From the IMG/VR virus record IMGVR_UViG_3300027710_000050, positions 1 through 42,137 of that record: DNA of 42,137 nucleotides, one strand, 5' to 3'. Below the pieces are notes generated by a model that saw only the letters and a list, made by a program, of their open reading frames with translations, searched no databases and had not been told where the DNA came from. The translations under genes and the position numbers were made by a program. Origin of the DNA: a virus. Taxonomy: Duplodnaviria > Caudoviricetes. Numbering within the stretch: position 1 is the stretch's first letter; the number at the start of each line of letters is the position of its first letter. Below are positions 1 to 8,022 of this stretch, piece after piece.

Positions 1-1
1 T

Positions 2-187
2 AATGCAATCGGCTCGGTTAAAGAGTTGGCGGCAATGCTGAATATCAGCGTTCAGGCCGTCTATGACTGGCCAGATGTAATTCCCGAAGCAATGGCTGCG
101 CGTTTGGACAGAATTACAAATGGCAAATTGCGGTATGACCATGAGTTTTACATGGCATACAAAAATGAAAGAAAAAAAGCCGCTTAA
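2..187 (+). CDS. cro: Cro-like HTH repressor (5' partial)
   Basis: Frame 2 reads NAIGSVKELAAMLNISVQAVYDWPDVIPE...KLRYD, a typical Cro/DicC-like HTH; divergent from cI across the window ends. Confidence 0.8.
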   Translation, partial: NAIGSVKELAAMLNISVQAVYDWPDVIPEAMAARLDRITNGKLRYDHEFYMAYKNERKKAA

Positions 188-258
188 CTTCCTCCTTTGG
201 TGAGACTGATTTAAGCATAGTCCAAAAAATCAACAACAAAAGAAAGGTAGTAGAACAA

Positions 259-378
259 ATGGACAATCTCAGCTTATTACAGCAATTTTTAATTTATATC
301 GCTGCAATTTGTGCGGCACTAGCAATTGCTGTCGGCTTGATTGCAGGCGGCAAAGATGATTTTGACGACATGGCTTAA
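259..378 (+). CDS. small single-TM protein (39 aa)
   Basis: Read manually: MDNLSLLQQFLIYIAAICAALAIAVGLIAGGKDDFDDMA, AAGG-type RBS upstream. Confidence 0.5.
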   Translation: MDNLSLLQQFLIYIAAICAALAIAVGLIAGGKDDFDDMA

Positions 379-435
379 ACGGGCGAGCAAGGATAGGGAC
401 GGCAGACTGACTCGCTGCGCTTGGTAAGAGTCAAG

Positions 436-1579
436 AATTCTAATTTGGTGGAATTCAACGGAATTAAAAGGCGGCTCACTCCGTCTCAGTGGTGACTCAA
501 CAATTGAGAAACGGTCTTTGCGTCATGTTTGAACGCTTAAAGATGCAGGAATACACGAAATATAAAAGTGACGAGTGACTCACGTTAAGAGTCAACAACT
601 AAAAGCATTTTTACGAGAGTGTTTCTAGTTGTTGTGAAAAACGCGGAGCGTATGGCGGCATAAAGTGGCGTGGTGGTCAGTGCCTAAAAACATCTTACCA
701 GTGTGCCATGTAAAGAGTACTTCAAACGGTAAGTTTTTACCTACTTTTTACGCCAAACGGATTGGCCACAACAACAAAATTCTAATTCCATCGAATTCGA
801 TGGAATTAAAACTAATTCGGTGAATTTACACCATTTTAACGAGTGATTTTTATGAATCCGATTCAACCAACTGTGGGGCGTGTTGTTTATTTTACGCCTG
901 CAATCGTTAATGACCAATCAATTATTCCAGACTGGCAATCAGGTGTTTGTGCTGCGATTGTGACGGCTGTGCACAACGATAACTGCGTAAATTTAGCGGT
1001 ATTTGATGTTAGCGGCAATCAATATGGCCGCTGTTCTGTATGTCATGTTAGCACAGTGCCTGACGGCGAAGATGTCAAAAAATATGACACTTGGGACTGG
1101 ATGCCTTATCAAAAAGGCCAAGCCGCTAAGACTGAGCAGCTAGAAGCAAAACTAACATCTGTTGGAAGTGCAACAAATGTTGCTGCATCCAGCTCCAGTT
1201 ATGACGATAGCGAGATTGATATTGAGCAGCAAATCCAAGCCAAAGGCTTAAACGCACCACGCCTAACACCTGCCGATATTGATTCAAAAATCTTAGGTGC
1301 TGATTACCACCGCTTTAACGGCACTACCGTCACTATCTGCTGCCTTTATTTAGAAAATGGGTTCACGGTTACAGGTGAAAGTGCCTGTGCATCGCCTGAA
1401 AACTTCGATGAAGAAATTGGCCGCAATATTGCCCGTAACAATGCCCGTGAAAAAATTTGGCAGTTAGAGGGTTATTTGCTGCGTCAACGTTTGCATGATG
1501 CCGAAATGGCAGAAGCGATTGAAGGCTAAATAACAGTCAACACAAAATTTTAATCCTGTCGAATTCGATGCTTTTAAAA
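436..1579. repeat. dispersed ~34-bp imperfect palindromes centred on GAATTC (436-469, 778-811, 1546-1579)
   Basis: 783-808 TAATTCCATCGAATTCGATGGAATTA is a perfect palindrome; the other two are diverged copies. Confidence 0.7.
843..1529 (+). CDS. two-domain phage protein with C-terminal N4 Gp49/Sf6 gp66 family domain
   Basis: APRLT..ID, LENGFTVTGESACASPENFDEEIG, REKIWQLEGYLL motifs. Confidence 0.8.
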   Translation: MIFMNPIQPTVGRVVYFTPAIVNDQSIIPDWQSGVCAAIVTAVHNDNCVNLAVFDVSGNQYGRCSVCHVSTVPDGEDVKKYDTWDWMPYQKGQAAKTEQLEAKLTSVGSATNVAASSSSYDDSEIDIEQQIQAKGLNAPRLTPADIDSKILGADYHRFNGTTVTICCLYLENGFTVTGESACASPENFDEEIGRNIARNNAREKIWQLEGYLLRQRLHDAEMAEAIEG

Positions 1580-1786
1580 GAGATTCTTATGATGAAAAGA
1601 ATGGCGATTTTATCAGTGATAGCAGGGATGGGGTTGATGCCGCATCGGTTTAATCCCGTATTTGCTCATCCAGTACACGCCGAATATGCAGTGCGTACAC
1701 CTAAAGCCAAACGCAACCGCAAAAACACAGGCTCAGGCGTTATTAAAGCCAAGCGTCTAGCGCGTAAAGCTAAAAACCGTAAATAA
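1568..1786 (+). CDS. hypothetical basic protein
   Basis: ORF in the early operon, followed by a hairpin. Confidence 0.5.
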   Translation: MLLKEILMMKRMAILSVIAGMGLMPHRFNPVFAHPVHAEYAVRTPKAKRNRKNTGSGVIKAKRLARKAKNRK

Positions 1787-1793
1787 CAGGCAA

Positions 1794-1820
1794 CAAAAAG
1801 CCCCGTTACAGCGGGGCTTA
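1794..1820. terminator. intrinsic terminator-like hairpin
   Basis: AAAAAGCCCCG-TTACAG-CGGGGCTT. Confidence 0.6.
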
Positions 1821-1856
1821 ATGTGAATCAAAAACAAAACAACCGAGTTAATTATT

Positions 1857-2132
1857 ATGCAGAAAAATGATTTAGTCAACAAAAAAGCGCAATCGAGGGC
1901 AGCACTAAGAATGTTCTATGAGTTGTTGTTTATCTCAGAAGCTAAAGGCCGCCGTATTGGCACGGAAGAAATACAAGCCAAGTTATCAGAGCTTGGCCTT
2001 GTCGCATCTCTAAGAACCATTCAGCGCGATTTAAATAGCCTAAGAGATATTAACGCACCAATTAAAAGTGATGGGTGTCACCCACAAGGCTGGTCGTTTT
2101 TTAGTGCAAACTTATTAAAAGAGGTGGCCTAA
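1857..2132 (+). CDS. stand-alone winged HTH resembling the N-terminus of WYL-family regulators
   Basis: IQAKLSELG...SLRTIQRDLNSL...PQGWSF motif. Confidence 0.6.
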   Translation: MQKNDLVNKKAQSRAALRMFYELLFISEAKGRRIGTEEIQAKLSELGLVASLRTIQRDLNSLRDINAPIKSDGCHPQGWSFFSANLLKEVA

Positions 2133-2324
2133 GTGAACACGGAACGTCATCGACTTAAAAACCTTGCATTACGCAAAGTGCAGCAGGAAAAGCCAAAACC
2201 AACGATTCAGCCATGCGCAAAATGTGGCCAAGATTCTTTCTTATTCGATTTTATACGGCCTGTGACAACAAAAACTTGCAAAAACACTGCTTGTAAGTCT
2301 GTCGAATTGGTGGAGGTGGTATGA
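2133..2324 (+). CDS. small Zn-ribbon protein
   Basis: CAKC...CKNTAC; coupled to neighbouring genes. Confidence 0.5.
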   Translation: MNTERHRLKNLALRKVQQEKPKPTIQPCAKCGQDSFLFDFIRPVTTKTCKNTACKSVELVEVV

Positions 2325-3301
2325 GTCAGTCTTACCCGTGGTTTAAATTTGCTCATGTTGAGTATTTGCTTGATCCAATGATTACAAGTTTATCTTTGGC
2401 TGCTCAAGGTGCTAATACTCGTTTAATGGCTTATGCAGCGCGTCAATTGCCGTTTGGCACATTACCCAATGATGACAAAGTATTGTTTGCTATGAGCGGC
2501 GCAAAAACTCCTAAGCAATGGCAAAAGCTGTATCAAGAGCTAATAGGTACAGTTTGGTTTTGTGATGATGATGGACGTTTGTATTGTCCTTTGATGAATG
2601 TTGAGCCTGCCCCTGTTGTTGAGCAAGAAGCACAAGAAGATAAGCCAAAAAAAGCATTAACTAATGCAGAGCGTCAAGCTGCATACAAAGCACGTCAAGC
2701 AGAGTTGGCGTTACTAAAAGAAAAAAGTAACGCCGTCGGTAACGAAACTGGTAACGAAAAAGTAACGTGCGGTAACGAAACTGGTAACGCTCAGGTAACG
2801 GACGGTAACGAAACTGGTAACGGCAATTCGTTACTTTTGGGGGGTAAGGGGGGAGATTTAGATTTAGATTTAAATAAAGATTTAGATTTAAAACAAGAGG
2901 TTAACTCACACTCTAAAACACGCGAGGCCGAAAAAAATTCGCGAGGTTTTTTTGATGACGAATTACGACCTGATTTAAATTTGTTAAACGCAAAACTCGG
3001 CGCAAATTTAGTTACTCAAAAATTTATTGATGAAAATTTATTTTCGTTCAACTCGCATTATGAAACACAACAACTCACTGATAACCAACGTTTAGCTAAG
3101 TGGATTACTTGGTGGAAAGGTGAGCAAGCCAAACAGCAAGCAAAATCTATTCAACAGCAACGAACACCAACGCCAAAAAAACAAGTCTTTGGCAACTTTA
3201 ACGATTCATTCCCAATTGACCCTAATGACCGCTTGCTAACCCAAGCAGAACGCGAAGCCATCGCAAGAGAATTGGAGGAAGATGAAAATGTTGTGTTCTG
3301 A
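2321..3301 (+). CDS. phage replication initiator (YdaU/DUF1376-like N-terminus)
   Basis: YPWFKF N-terminus, internal iterons, followed by a DnaC-like loader. Confidence 0.75.
   Translation: MSQSYPWFKFAHVEYLLDPMITSLSLAAQGANTRLMAYAARQLPFGTLPNDDKVLFAMSGAKTPKQWQKLYQELIGTVWFCDDDGRLYCPLMNVEPAPVVEQEAQEDKPKKALTNAERQAAYKARQAELALLKEKSNAVGNETGNEKVTCGNETGNAQVTDGNETGNGNSLLLGGKGGDLDLDLNKDLDLKQEVNSHSKTREAEKNSRGFFDDELRPDLNLLNAKLGANLVTQKFIDENLFSFNSHYETQQLTDNQRLAKWITWWKGEQAKQQAKSIQQQRTPTPKKQVFGNFNDSFPIDPNDRLLTQAEREAIARELEEDENVVF
2709..2893. repeat. replication origin iterons
   Basis: Nine GTAACG copies at 2727-2822 (10-12 bp spacing, 33-bp period), inverted CGTTAC on both flanks, then AT-rich GATTTA repeats. 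Confidence 0.75.
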
Positions 3302-4034
3302 ATACAAAATTAATTCATGCCAAAAACATGGCGAGTTTAAAAATAACAAATTGTTTGGTCGTTGGTTAGGTTGCCCATCATGCGCCCAAGAGATTGTTAT
3401 TGAACTTGATAAAAAACGCGATGCTGAGGAATTGGAAAAGCGTAGAGCTGGGTACATCGCACAAGCCAACATACCCACCATGTTTGAAGATGCTGGCTTT
3501 AAGACCTATCAGCAAGAATCAAACGCTCAAACAATGGCGTTTGTTGCTGTTAAAGATTATCTGTCACGCCTAAAAACAGATTTAAAAACGGCGGGCAACC
3601 TAATTATGACTGGCCGCACAGGTAACGGCAAAACACATCTAGCTTGTGCTGTTATTCGCACTATGGCGCACTCGATGCACAGAGTCCGTTATGTGACAGC
3701 CGCTAAATTCGTTAATGAGTGTTTTGCTACTTGGGATGACAAGTCAAAAAGCATTGACTCAATTGTTGAGCATTACGCTTCTTACGATGTTTTGTTGGTT
3801 GATGAAGTTGGCTTGAATGATTGCACAAACGAAAAAGCACAGTCTTATTTTAACTTGCTGATTGATGCGCGTTATTTAGAAAAAAGACCAACAATCATTA
3901 CATCAAATCTATTTGAAGCAGAGTTGGCAAAGTTGCTCGGAGACCGTTCCTTTAGCCGTGTTTGTGAAAATGGTTTGTTGTTGCGTTTTGACTGGGTTGA
4001 TTATCGTCAGCGTTCAAGAAGGGGCGCAGCATGA
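3282..4034 (+). CDS. DnaC/IstB-like AAA+ helicase loader
   Basis: Walker A GRTGNGKT, Walker B LLVDEVG, PTIITSN, N-terminal Zn motif. Confidence 0.9.
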   Translation: MKMLCSEYKINSCQKHGEFKNNKLFGRWLGCPSCAQEIVIELDKKRDAEELEKRRAGYIAQANIPTMFEDAGFKTYQQESNAQTMAFVAVKDYLSRLKTDLKTAGNLIMTGRTGNGKTHLACAVIRTMAHSMHRVRYVTAAKFVNECFATWDDKSKSIDSIVEHYASYDVLLVDEVGLNDCTNEKAQSYFNLLIDARYLEKRPTIITSNLFEAELAKLLGDRSFSRVCENGLLLRFDWVDYRQRSRRGAA

Positions 4035-4393
4035 ACAGCCTACAAGAACGCGCAACCCCCACATTGCTATCCGATTTTATTTGGCAATTTCCACTGCAAC
4101 CCGCCACTTTTGCCGCTTGTCCTGTGTGCAAAGACACAATGGGCGGCCGTGGTGGCTGGTATTGCCGTAACTGCATCAAAAACGAGCTGATTAAGCGTGG
4201 TGTGAATAAAAACCGCTTAAACGATTTAGAGCAACGTCTGGTACGGGCGCAAGTGCTACAGCAAGAAATACGCGATTTAGGGCGTGAGTTGGGGGCGGCA
4301 CTTGGTCGGGTGGTCGCCATACCCGCGGGCAGGGCTATCAAAACGACTGCGAGAAATATAACTGGGCGGCGGCGAACGGCTGGACTGTGCTGA
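4031..4393 (+). CDS. hypothetical Zn-finger protein
   Basis: CPVC...CRNC; ATGA overlap with the upstream gene. Confidence 0.55.
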   Translation: MNSLQERATPTLLSDFIWQFPLQPATFAACPVCKDTMGGRGGWYCRNCIKNELIKRGVNKNRLNDLEQRLVRAQVLQQEIRDLGRELGAALGRVVAIPAGRAIKTTARNITGRRRTAGLC

Positions 4394-4454
4394 GATTTAC
4401 GACTCAACAGGTTAATTCAGGTGCGGCAATAAATACGATTTTGGAGACGTTGAA

Positions 4455-4571
4455 ATGAAAAATTTATCGTTGATTTTTTTGGTTTTGCTTGTGGTTTTGT
4501 CATTTGTTGGCTGCGCGAATCAACCCGCGTTTTGCCCTGAAGTTAGAGTTAATTTTTGTCCGACCAGATAA
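4455..4571 (+). CDS. small lipoprotein (38 aa)
   Basis: Read manually: MKNLSLIFLVLLVVLSFVG-CANQPAFCPEVRVNFCPTR, lipobox, GGAG RBS. Confidence 0.6.
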   Translation: MKNLSLIFLVLLVVLSFVGCANQPAFCPEVRVNFCPTR

Positions 4572-4840
4572 TAAAAACGAGGTGCTGCGTGAAATTATGT
4601 ATTGCACTAAACAAGAATGGGCGAAGAATTGGCGAAACACATCATAATGCAAAATTAACAGATGATGATGTTAATCATATTAGGTTGTTAAATATCGAGC
4701 ATGGCATATCTTTTAGGGAGCTTGCTCGGAAATTTGAGGTATCTCATACTACAATAGAAAACATTTGCGGATATAAAAAACGGTGTCAGGTCGCCGAAAA
4801 GTTTAAAACAATTGAGGTGGGTGATGGCAAGAACGGATAA
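4556..4840 (+). CDS. HTH DNA-binding protein (start probably GTG 4589)
   Basis: GETHHNAKLTDDDV..IR...SFRELARKFEVSHTTI. Confidence 0.7.
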   Translation: MSDQIIKTRCCVKLCIALNKNGRRIGETHHNAKLTDDDVNHIRLLNIEHGISFRELARKFEVSHTTIENICGYKKRCQVAEKFKTIEVGDGKNG

Positions 4841-5333
4841 CCGATTGACTTTTGCTGCCGAATACATAAAAGATTTTAACGGTGCGGCTGCGGCTGTAAG
4901 GGCTGGATATGGCAAAAAAAACGCAAGGATTATGGCAAATAGGCTGCTTAAAACAGAAATCGTTATCAAGGAGATAGCTAAATTGAAAAAAGAACGCAAT
5001 GAGCGATTAAAAATTGATGCTGATTTTGTACTGTCTGAATTGGTTGAAATCCACAATATGGATGTTTTGGATATTTTGAATAATGACGGAACAGTGAAGC
5101 CTGTTGCTGAATGGTCTAAAACTTGGCGGCAATTTATTAGTGGTATTGATGTTGCTGAATTGGGCGACAGTGCGGCATTAGTTAAAAAAATTAAATGGCC
5201 AGATAAAATTAGAAATTTAGAGTTAATTGGCAAGCATGTGGATGTGCAAGCGTTTAAGGAATCAATCAAAATGGAGGTTGAGGGCGGTTTGGCTGACAGA
5301 CTAGCTAGAGCGAGAGAACGTGCAAAAAAGTGA
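4824..5333 (+). CDS. terS: terminase small subunit
   Basis: EYIKDFNGAAAAVRAGY, KIKWPDK..NLELIGKH; upstream of TerL. Confidence 0.9.
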   Translation: MARTDNRLTFAAEYIKDFNGAAAAVRAGYGKKNARIMANRLLKTEIVIKEIAKLKKERNERLKIDADFVLSELVEIHNMDVLDILNNDGTVKPVAEWSKTWRQFISGIDVAELGDSAALVKKIKWPDKIRNLELIGKHVDVQAFKESIKMEVEGGLADRLARARERAKK

Positions 5334-6780
5334 ACTTGATGAGCAGATAATTGCTTTAGCTGCCGAGTGTACGCATGACCCTGTGACATGGGCATTGATG
5401 GCGTATGATTGGGGTGTTGGTGAGCTAAAAAACTATCAACAGCCCAAGGAGTGGCAATTAGATACATTAACAGATATTAAAAACCATCTTCAAAATCCTG
5501 AAACACGATACATGCCTTTATTGCTAGCAACGGCATCGGGGCATGGTATTGGTAAATCTGCTGATATAGGCATGATTATCAATTGGGCAATGTCAACTTG
5601 TGAAGATTGTAAGGTTGTTGTTACCGCTAATACTGACACCCAGTTAAGAACAAAAACAAGCCCAGAGATTGGGAAATGGACAAGGCTGTCAATCACAAGC
5701 GATTGGTTCGATGCTCAAACTATGTCTATTGTCGCAAAGGATAGAGAGCACGCTAAAAATTGGCGGTGTGATATGGTGCCATGGTCTGAACACAACACCG
5801 AAGCGTTTGCGGGCTTACACAACGAAGGCAAGCGTATTGTTTTGATATTTGATGAGGCCTCCGCAATCGCTGATAAGGTTTGGGAAGTGGCCGAGGGTGC
5901 ACTAACTGACGAAAACACAGAGATTATTTGGATAGCATTTGGAAACCCAACTCGAAACAGTGGGCGGTTTAGAGAGTGTTTTAGAAAATATAAACATCGT
6001 TGGATATGTCGCCAAATTGATAGTCGTACAGTTGAGGGTACAAACAAGAAACAGATTCAAAAATGGGTAGAGGATTACGGCGTAGATTCAGACTTTGTTA
6101 AGGTTCGTGTCAGGGGGATATTTCCGAGTATGTCAGCAAAACAATTTATCGGCGAGGCCGATGTCGATGCGGCATTTGGTCGAATCATTAAAGAGCATCA
6201 ATATAATTTCGCACCAAAAATATTATCAATTGACCCTGCGTGGGAAGGTGATGATGACTTTGTTATTGGGTTAAGACAGGGTTTGGTATTTAAAATACTT
6301 AAGGTTATCCCTAAAAACGATAATGATGTGCAGATGGGTAACATTATCGCGCAATTAGAAGATGAGCATCAGGCCGATGCTGTTTTCATTGATGGCGGTT
6401 ATGGTACGGGTATTAAATCAGTGGGCGATACATTAGGCAGGGATTGGATGTTAGTGTGGTTTAGTGGGGAATCTTCGGACGCTGGTTGTTTAAATAAACG
6501 TGCTGAGATGTGGAAAAATATGCGAGACTGGTTAAAGGAAGGCGGGTGCATTCCAGAAGACCAAGTTTTAAGAGATGAAATTATCAGCCCAGAGACGGTT
6601 GCAAGGCTTGACGGAAAAATCCAGCTTGAGTCAAAAAAAGACATGAAAATTAGGTTGTTACCATCCCCAAACCGCGCTGATTGCCTAGCTATTTCGTTTG
6701 CGTATCCTGTGCAGAAAAAACAGCGAGGCCATGATTTTGGTGGTGGAAGAACATCAAGAAGTGATTATAACCCTTATTGA
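5320..6780 (+). CDS. terL: terminase large subunit
   Basis: ASGHGIGKS Walker A, LIFDEAS Walker B, GNPTRNSG, SPNRAD nuclease motif. Confidence 0.95.
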   Translation: MQKSELDEQIIALAAECTHDPVTWALMAYDWGVGELKNYQQPKEWQLDTLTDIKNHLQNPETRYMPLLLATASGHGIGKSADIGMIINWAMSTCEDCKVVVTANTDTQLRTKTSPEIGKWTRLSITSDWFDAQTMSIVAKDREHAKNWRCDMVPWSEHNTEAFAGLHNEGKRIVLIFDEASAIADKVWEVAEGALTDENTEIIWIAFGNPTRNSGRFRECFRKYKHRWICRQIDSRTVEGTNKKQIQKWVEDYGVDSDFVKVRVRGIFPSMSAKQFIGEADVDAAFGRIIKEHQYNFAPKILSIDPAWEGDDDFVIGLRQGLVFKILKVIPKNDNDVQMGNIIAQLEDEHQADAVFIDGGYGTGIKSVGDTLGRDWMLVWFSGESSDAGCLNKRAEMWKNMRDWLKEGGCIPEDQVLRDEIISPETVARLDGKIQLESKKDMKIRLLPSPNRADCLAISFAYPVQKKQRGHDFGGGRTSRSDYNPY

Positions 6781-6974
6781 ATTTTTAATGCTGCCATCCA
6801 TTGCTCTAACGGCATATCACGATGGTTTTTTACTGATACATCGGCAACCCATTTGCCGACAGTCCTGATATTAACGCCGATTTTTTCGGCAAATTGTTTT
6901 TGAGTCCATCCTTTAGACTCAAGCAAAAAACGTAAGTTGGCTGGCGTGTAGCCAACTTCGGGAAAATTTGACAT
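6774..6974 (-). CDS. aca3: anti-CRISPR-associated HTH regulator, Aca3-like
   Basis: PEVGYTPANL...TQ...W...KN..DMPL..W matches the Aca3 signature as I recall it (PEIGYTPANL...DMPLVKW). Confidence 0.8.
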   Translation of the reverse strand: MSNFPEVGYTPANLRFLLESKGWTQKQFAEKIGVNIRTVGKWVADVSVKNHRDMPLEQWMAALKIQ

Positions 6975-6996
6975 GAGTATAAACCTTGGTTAAACT
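6968..6996 (+). promoter_or_regulatory. sigma70 promoter for the mini-array
   Basis: TTGACA-17 bp-TAAACT, ~30 bp upstream of repeat 1; overlaps the aca3 start codon. Confidence 0.7.
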
Positions 6997-7028
6997 GTTT
7001 TTACTTTGTGATAACTCACTAAGTAATG

Positions 7029-7160
7029 TTTATCTGTCACATAGACAGCTTAGAAAAGCTTTCATGCTGAATTTACTTATTAGTTCACTACCGCACAGGT
7101 AGCTTAGAAATATGAGTAATTAAACCTGATGCTTTTACTGTCACATAGACAGCTTAAAAA
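7029..7160 (+). CRISPR. type I-F mini-array: 3 degenerate 28-nt repeats, spacers 26 and 22 nt, no cas genes
   Basis: 7029-7056 TTTATCTGTCACATAGACAGCTTAGAAA; 7083-7110 GTTCACTACCGCACAGGTAGCTTAGAAA; 7133-7160 TTTTACTGTCACATAGACAGCTTAAAAA; all keep the 5-bp stem/5-nt loop and 8-nt handle. Confidence 0.9.
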
Positions 7161-7188
7161 GCCCCGACTGCATATCGGGGCTTTTTTT
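7156..7188. terminator. bidirectional intrinsic terminator
   Basis: AAAAAGCCCCGA-CTGCATA-TCGGGGCTTTTTTT. Confidence 0.85.
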
Positions 7189-7423
7189 ATCTTGAAGTCC
7201 ATACCCCGCTTCTAATTTCAACAGGAATAAATTCTAAGACATCTTGAGGGGCAATAATAACATATCTTATATTTGCATAAGACATAGCTAAAGTTATAGC
7301 TTTTGCCGCAGCAGCAGACGGGCCAACACCTGCATCGTGTCCAATGCTTTGAACCTTTCCGTTTTGAGCTAATGCATAACTAAAACGGTTTCTGCCCATG
7401 TCTGTAATAGTTATAACTAACAT
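7187..7423 (-). CDS. candidate anti-CRISPR/anti-defence protein (78 aa)
   Basis: Small ORF in the operon upstream of the aca3-like gene; association only. Confidence 0.55.
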   Translation of the reverse strand: MLVITITDMGRNRFSYALAQNGKVQSIGHDAGVGPSAAAAKAITLAMSYANIRYVIIAPQDVLEFIPVEIRSGVWTSR

Positions 7424-7428
7424 GATAA

Positions 7429-7899
7429 TTACCCCACAAAATCAAAACTTATTTCTTCATCTTCAATAGAAGAAAATTGTAACTCTAATTTTTTAGCAAA
7501 ATCTTCGCCTACTGAGTTGATAATATCGTCACTCAGTTTTGAAGCGTTGATTAAGTAATAATTAAATAAAATTTCAGCAATCTTGCTGTTTTTGTTGACT
7601 GTAAAATTAAAAGAATTTAAAGGGAGAGCAACATTGCCGTTTTTAAATGTAATTCGGCAGTAAATATCCGAAGAAATACCGTGAACACGGTCTAGTCCTG
7701 ATGCTTGAAATTCGATGTTTAGGTATTTTCCGAAAATCACTGCGCGACAAGGGTTTGTGCTTGAGTCGTCAACTAAAACAGCGTTAATGCCTTTTTTGTT
7801 AAAAAAGGCTACAACATCTTGCATATTGCAAGAGTAAACAACAGCATCAACAGGAGCGTTATCATACTGACTCAATACAACTGGCTTGATAGTTTTCAT
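7429..7899 (-). CDS. candidate anti-CRISPR protein (ATG 7899), acidic C-terminus
   Basis: First gene after the operator-containing promoter; tail SSIEDEEISFDFVG. Confidence 0.55.
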   Translation of the reverse strand: MKTIKPVVLSQYDNAPVDAVVYSCNMQDVVAFFNKKGINAVLVDDSSTNPCRAVIFGKYLNIEFQASGLDRVHGISSDIYCRITFKNGNVALPLNSFNFTVNKNSKIAEILFNYYLINASKLSDDIINSVGEDFAKKLELQFSSIEDEEISFDFVG

Positions 7900-7969
7900 A
7901 ATCGTTCTCACTAAGTAATGTTTTGATTTATCAAGATTTGATTCTGCATCATCTCGTCTTGATGAGCTT

Positions 7970-8005
7970 AGTATATGCCCATATTGGGCTTATTTAAAGT
8001 GTCAA
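7970..8005 (-). promoter_or_regulatory. acr promoter with inverted-repeat operator
   Basis: Minus strand TTTAAA-17-TATACT with GCCCA-ATA-TGGGC between the boxes; extra TTGACA upstream. Confidence 0.7.
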
Positions 8006-8022
8006 TTTAGGCCAATTTTCAT

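Noticed and set aside
4688-5467. 259-aa minus-strand ORF and other antisense ORFs in the track
   Set aside because: Shadows of well-supported genes on the opposite strand; no recognisable motifs
7057-7132. Perfect self-targeting protospacers in this genome
   Set aside because: No full-length match found by eye, only the gapped similarity at 6973-6986; a computed search is still needed
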